From Candidatus Acidiferrales bacterium (GTDB lineage Bacteria; Acidobacteriota; Terriglobia; Acidiferrales; UBA7541), in NCBI GenBank assembly GCA_035622155.1, contig DASPVW010000036.1:269890-333889 (forward strand): DNA of 64,000 bases, read 5' to 3'. The notes under the pieces were generated by a model. It was not told the origin of the DNA, did not search any database, and worked only from the letters and a program-made list of their open reading frames with translations. Every line of letters starts with the position of its first letter. Positions within the stretch are counted from its first letter, which is position 1. Both the position numbers and the translations under genes were made by a program. Below, piece after piece: positions 63,429 to 64,000 of the stretch.

Positions 63429-63556
63429 TGGCGTCGCGGTCGCTCGAGCGCATATCCGAGGTCAAGTGGGGCAGCAGGCGGCCTTCGATGGGCGCTCACC
63501 AGGCCACCGAGGCGCGATTTGCCTGCGGCCAGGCAAGCGGGTATGATGGATTTCCC

Positions 63557-64000
63557 ATGCCTACCGCGCCGTGGAAGCTGTTTTTGGTGGTTGTTGCCCT
63601 CCTGCTCGCCGTCTCCCGGCCAGCCCGATCCGCGGACCAGTCCACGATGACGCTTGCTGTCAGCGACATCCAGCCCGGGATGAGGGGTGTCGTCTATACC
63701 ATTTTCGAAGGAGATACGGTCGAACCCGTTGATCTCGAGGTGATTGGCGTTCTGCACAACGCCATTGGACCCAAGCTCGATGTCATCCTAGTCCGACTGT
63801 TGGGCAATCGGGTGCAACAGACGGGCGTGGTCGCCGGGATGAGTGGGAGTCCGGTCTATATCGACGGCAAGCTTGTTGGCGCGCTGGCACTTAAACTAGG
63901 CAGCTTCACGAAAGAGGCTATCGGCGGTGTCACGCCCATAGCCGATATGCTCGAAGTCGAGCAGTCCTCACCGTCTGCTGCGCCGAAAGCTACTGCCATC
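63557..64000 (+). CDS. SpoIVB-type (peptidase S55) serine protease-like protein, 3'-truncated by window edge
   Basis: ATG at 63557 with the frame open to the window end (148 codons). Signal peptide MPTAPWKLFLVVVALLLAVSRPARSA and the S55-type serine motif VVAGMSGSPVYIDGKLVGA. Confidence 0.6.
   Translation, partial: MPTAPWKLFLVVVALLLAVSRPARSADQSTMTLAVSDIQPGMRGVVYTIFEGDTVEPVDLEVIGVLHNAIGPKLDVILVRLLGNRVQQTGVVAGMSGSPVYIDGKLVGALALKLGSFTKEAIGGVTPIADMLEVEQSSPSAAPKATAI

Overview
High-GC (~60%) bacterial chromosomal segment. It holds about 62 supportable protein-coding genes, one tRNA-Leu(CAA), and no rRNA, CRISPR array or recognisable mobile element. Gene content (LpxK/WaaA, BamD, SurA-like, MlaFED, DUF2911, glycine-zipper secreted proteins) points to a diderm soil bacterium, most likely Acidobacteriota. 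That assignment is inference only and cannot be verified here.

Most of the window is housekeeping:
- holA, rpsT, rsmI, dus, mfd
- a NAD de novo operon, niaR-nadC-nadA-nadX
- ispG, a fused LplT-PlsC-Aas lysophospholipid repair protein, mlaEFD, aroC
- def-fmt-rsmB-(PASTA protein)-rpe, bamD, valS, birA, coaX, an rlmD-like gene, lpxK, waaA

Three regions stand out:
1. 56.4-62.6 kb: a tightly coupled six-gene minus-strand operon. It encodes a Tat-signal protein, three paralogous VAO/PCMH-family flavoproteins and two mono-haem cytochromes c. The flavoproteins carry His rather than Tyr at the predicted covalent-FAD position.
2. 20.8-27.6 kb: an accessory-looking stretch. It contains two orphan PilZ genes, an AT-richer XRE/S24-like regulator that overlaps convergently with a three-gene membrane operon of unknown function, a secreted mini-protein made of three peptide-identical but synonymously diverged 12-aa repeats, and a GGDEF cyclase.
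3. A kinase-less PASTA protein sits exactly where Firmicutes encode PrkC.

Many long ORFs in the six-frame track are antisense or N-terminally over-extended artefacts of high GC. Starts were re-picked where conserved N-termini, Shine-Dalgarno sequences or start/stop overlaps supported it.
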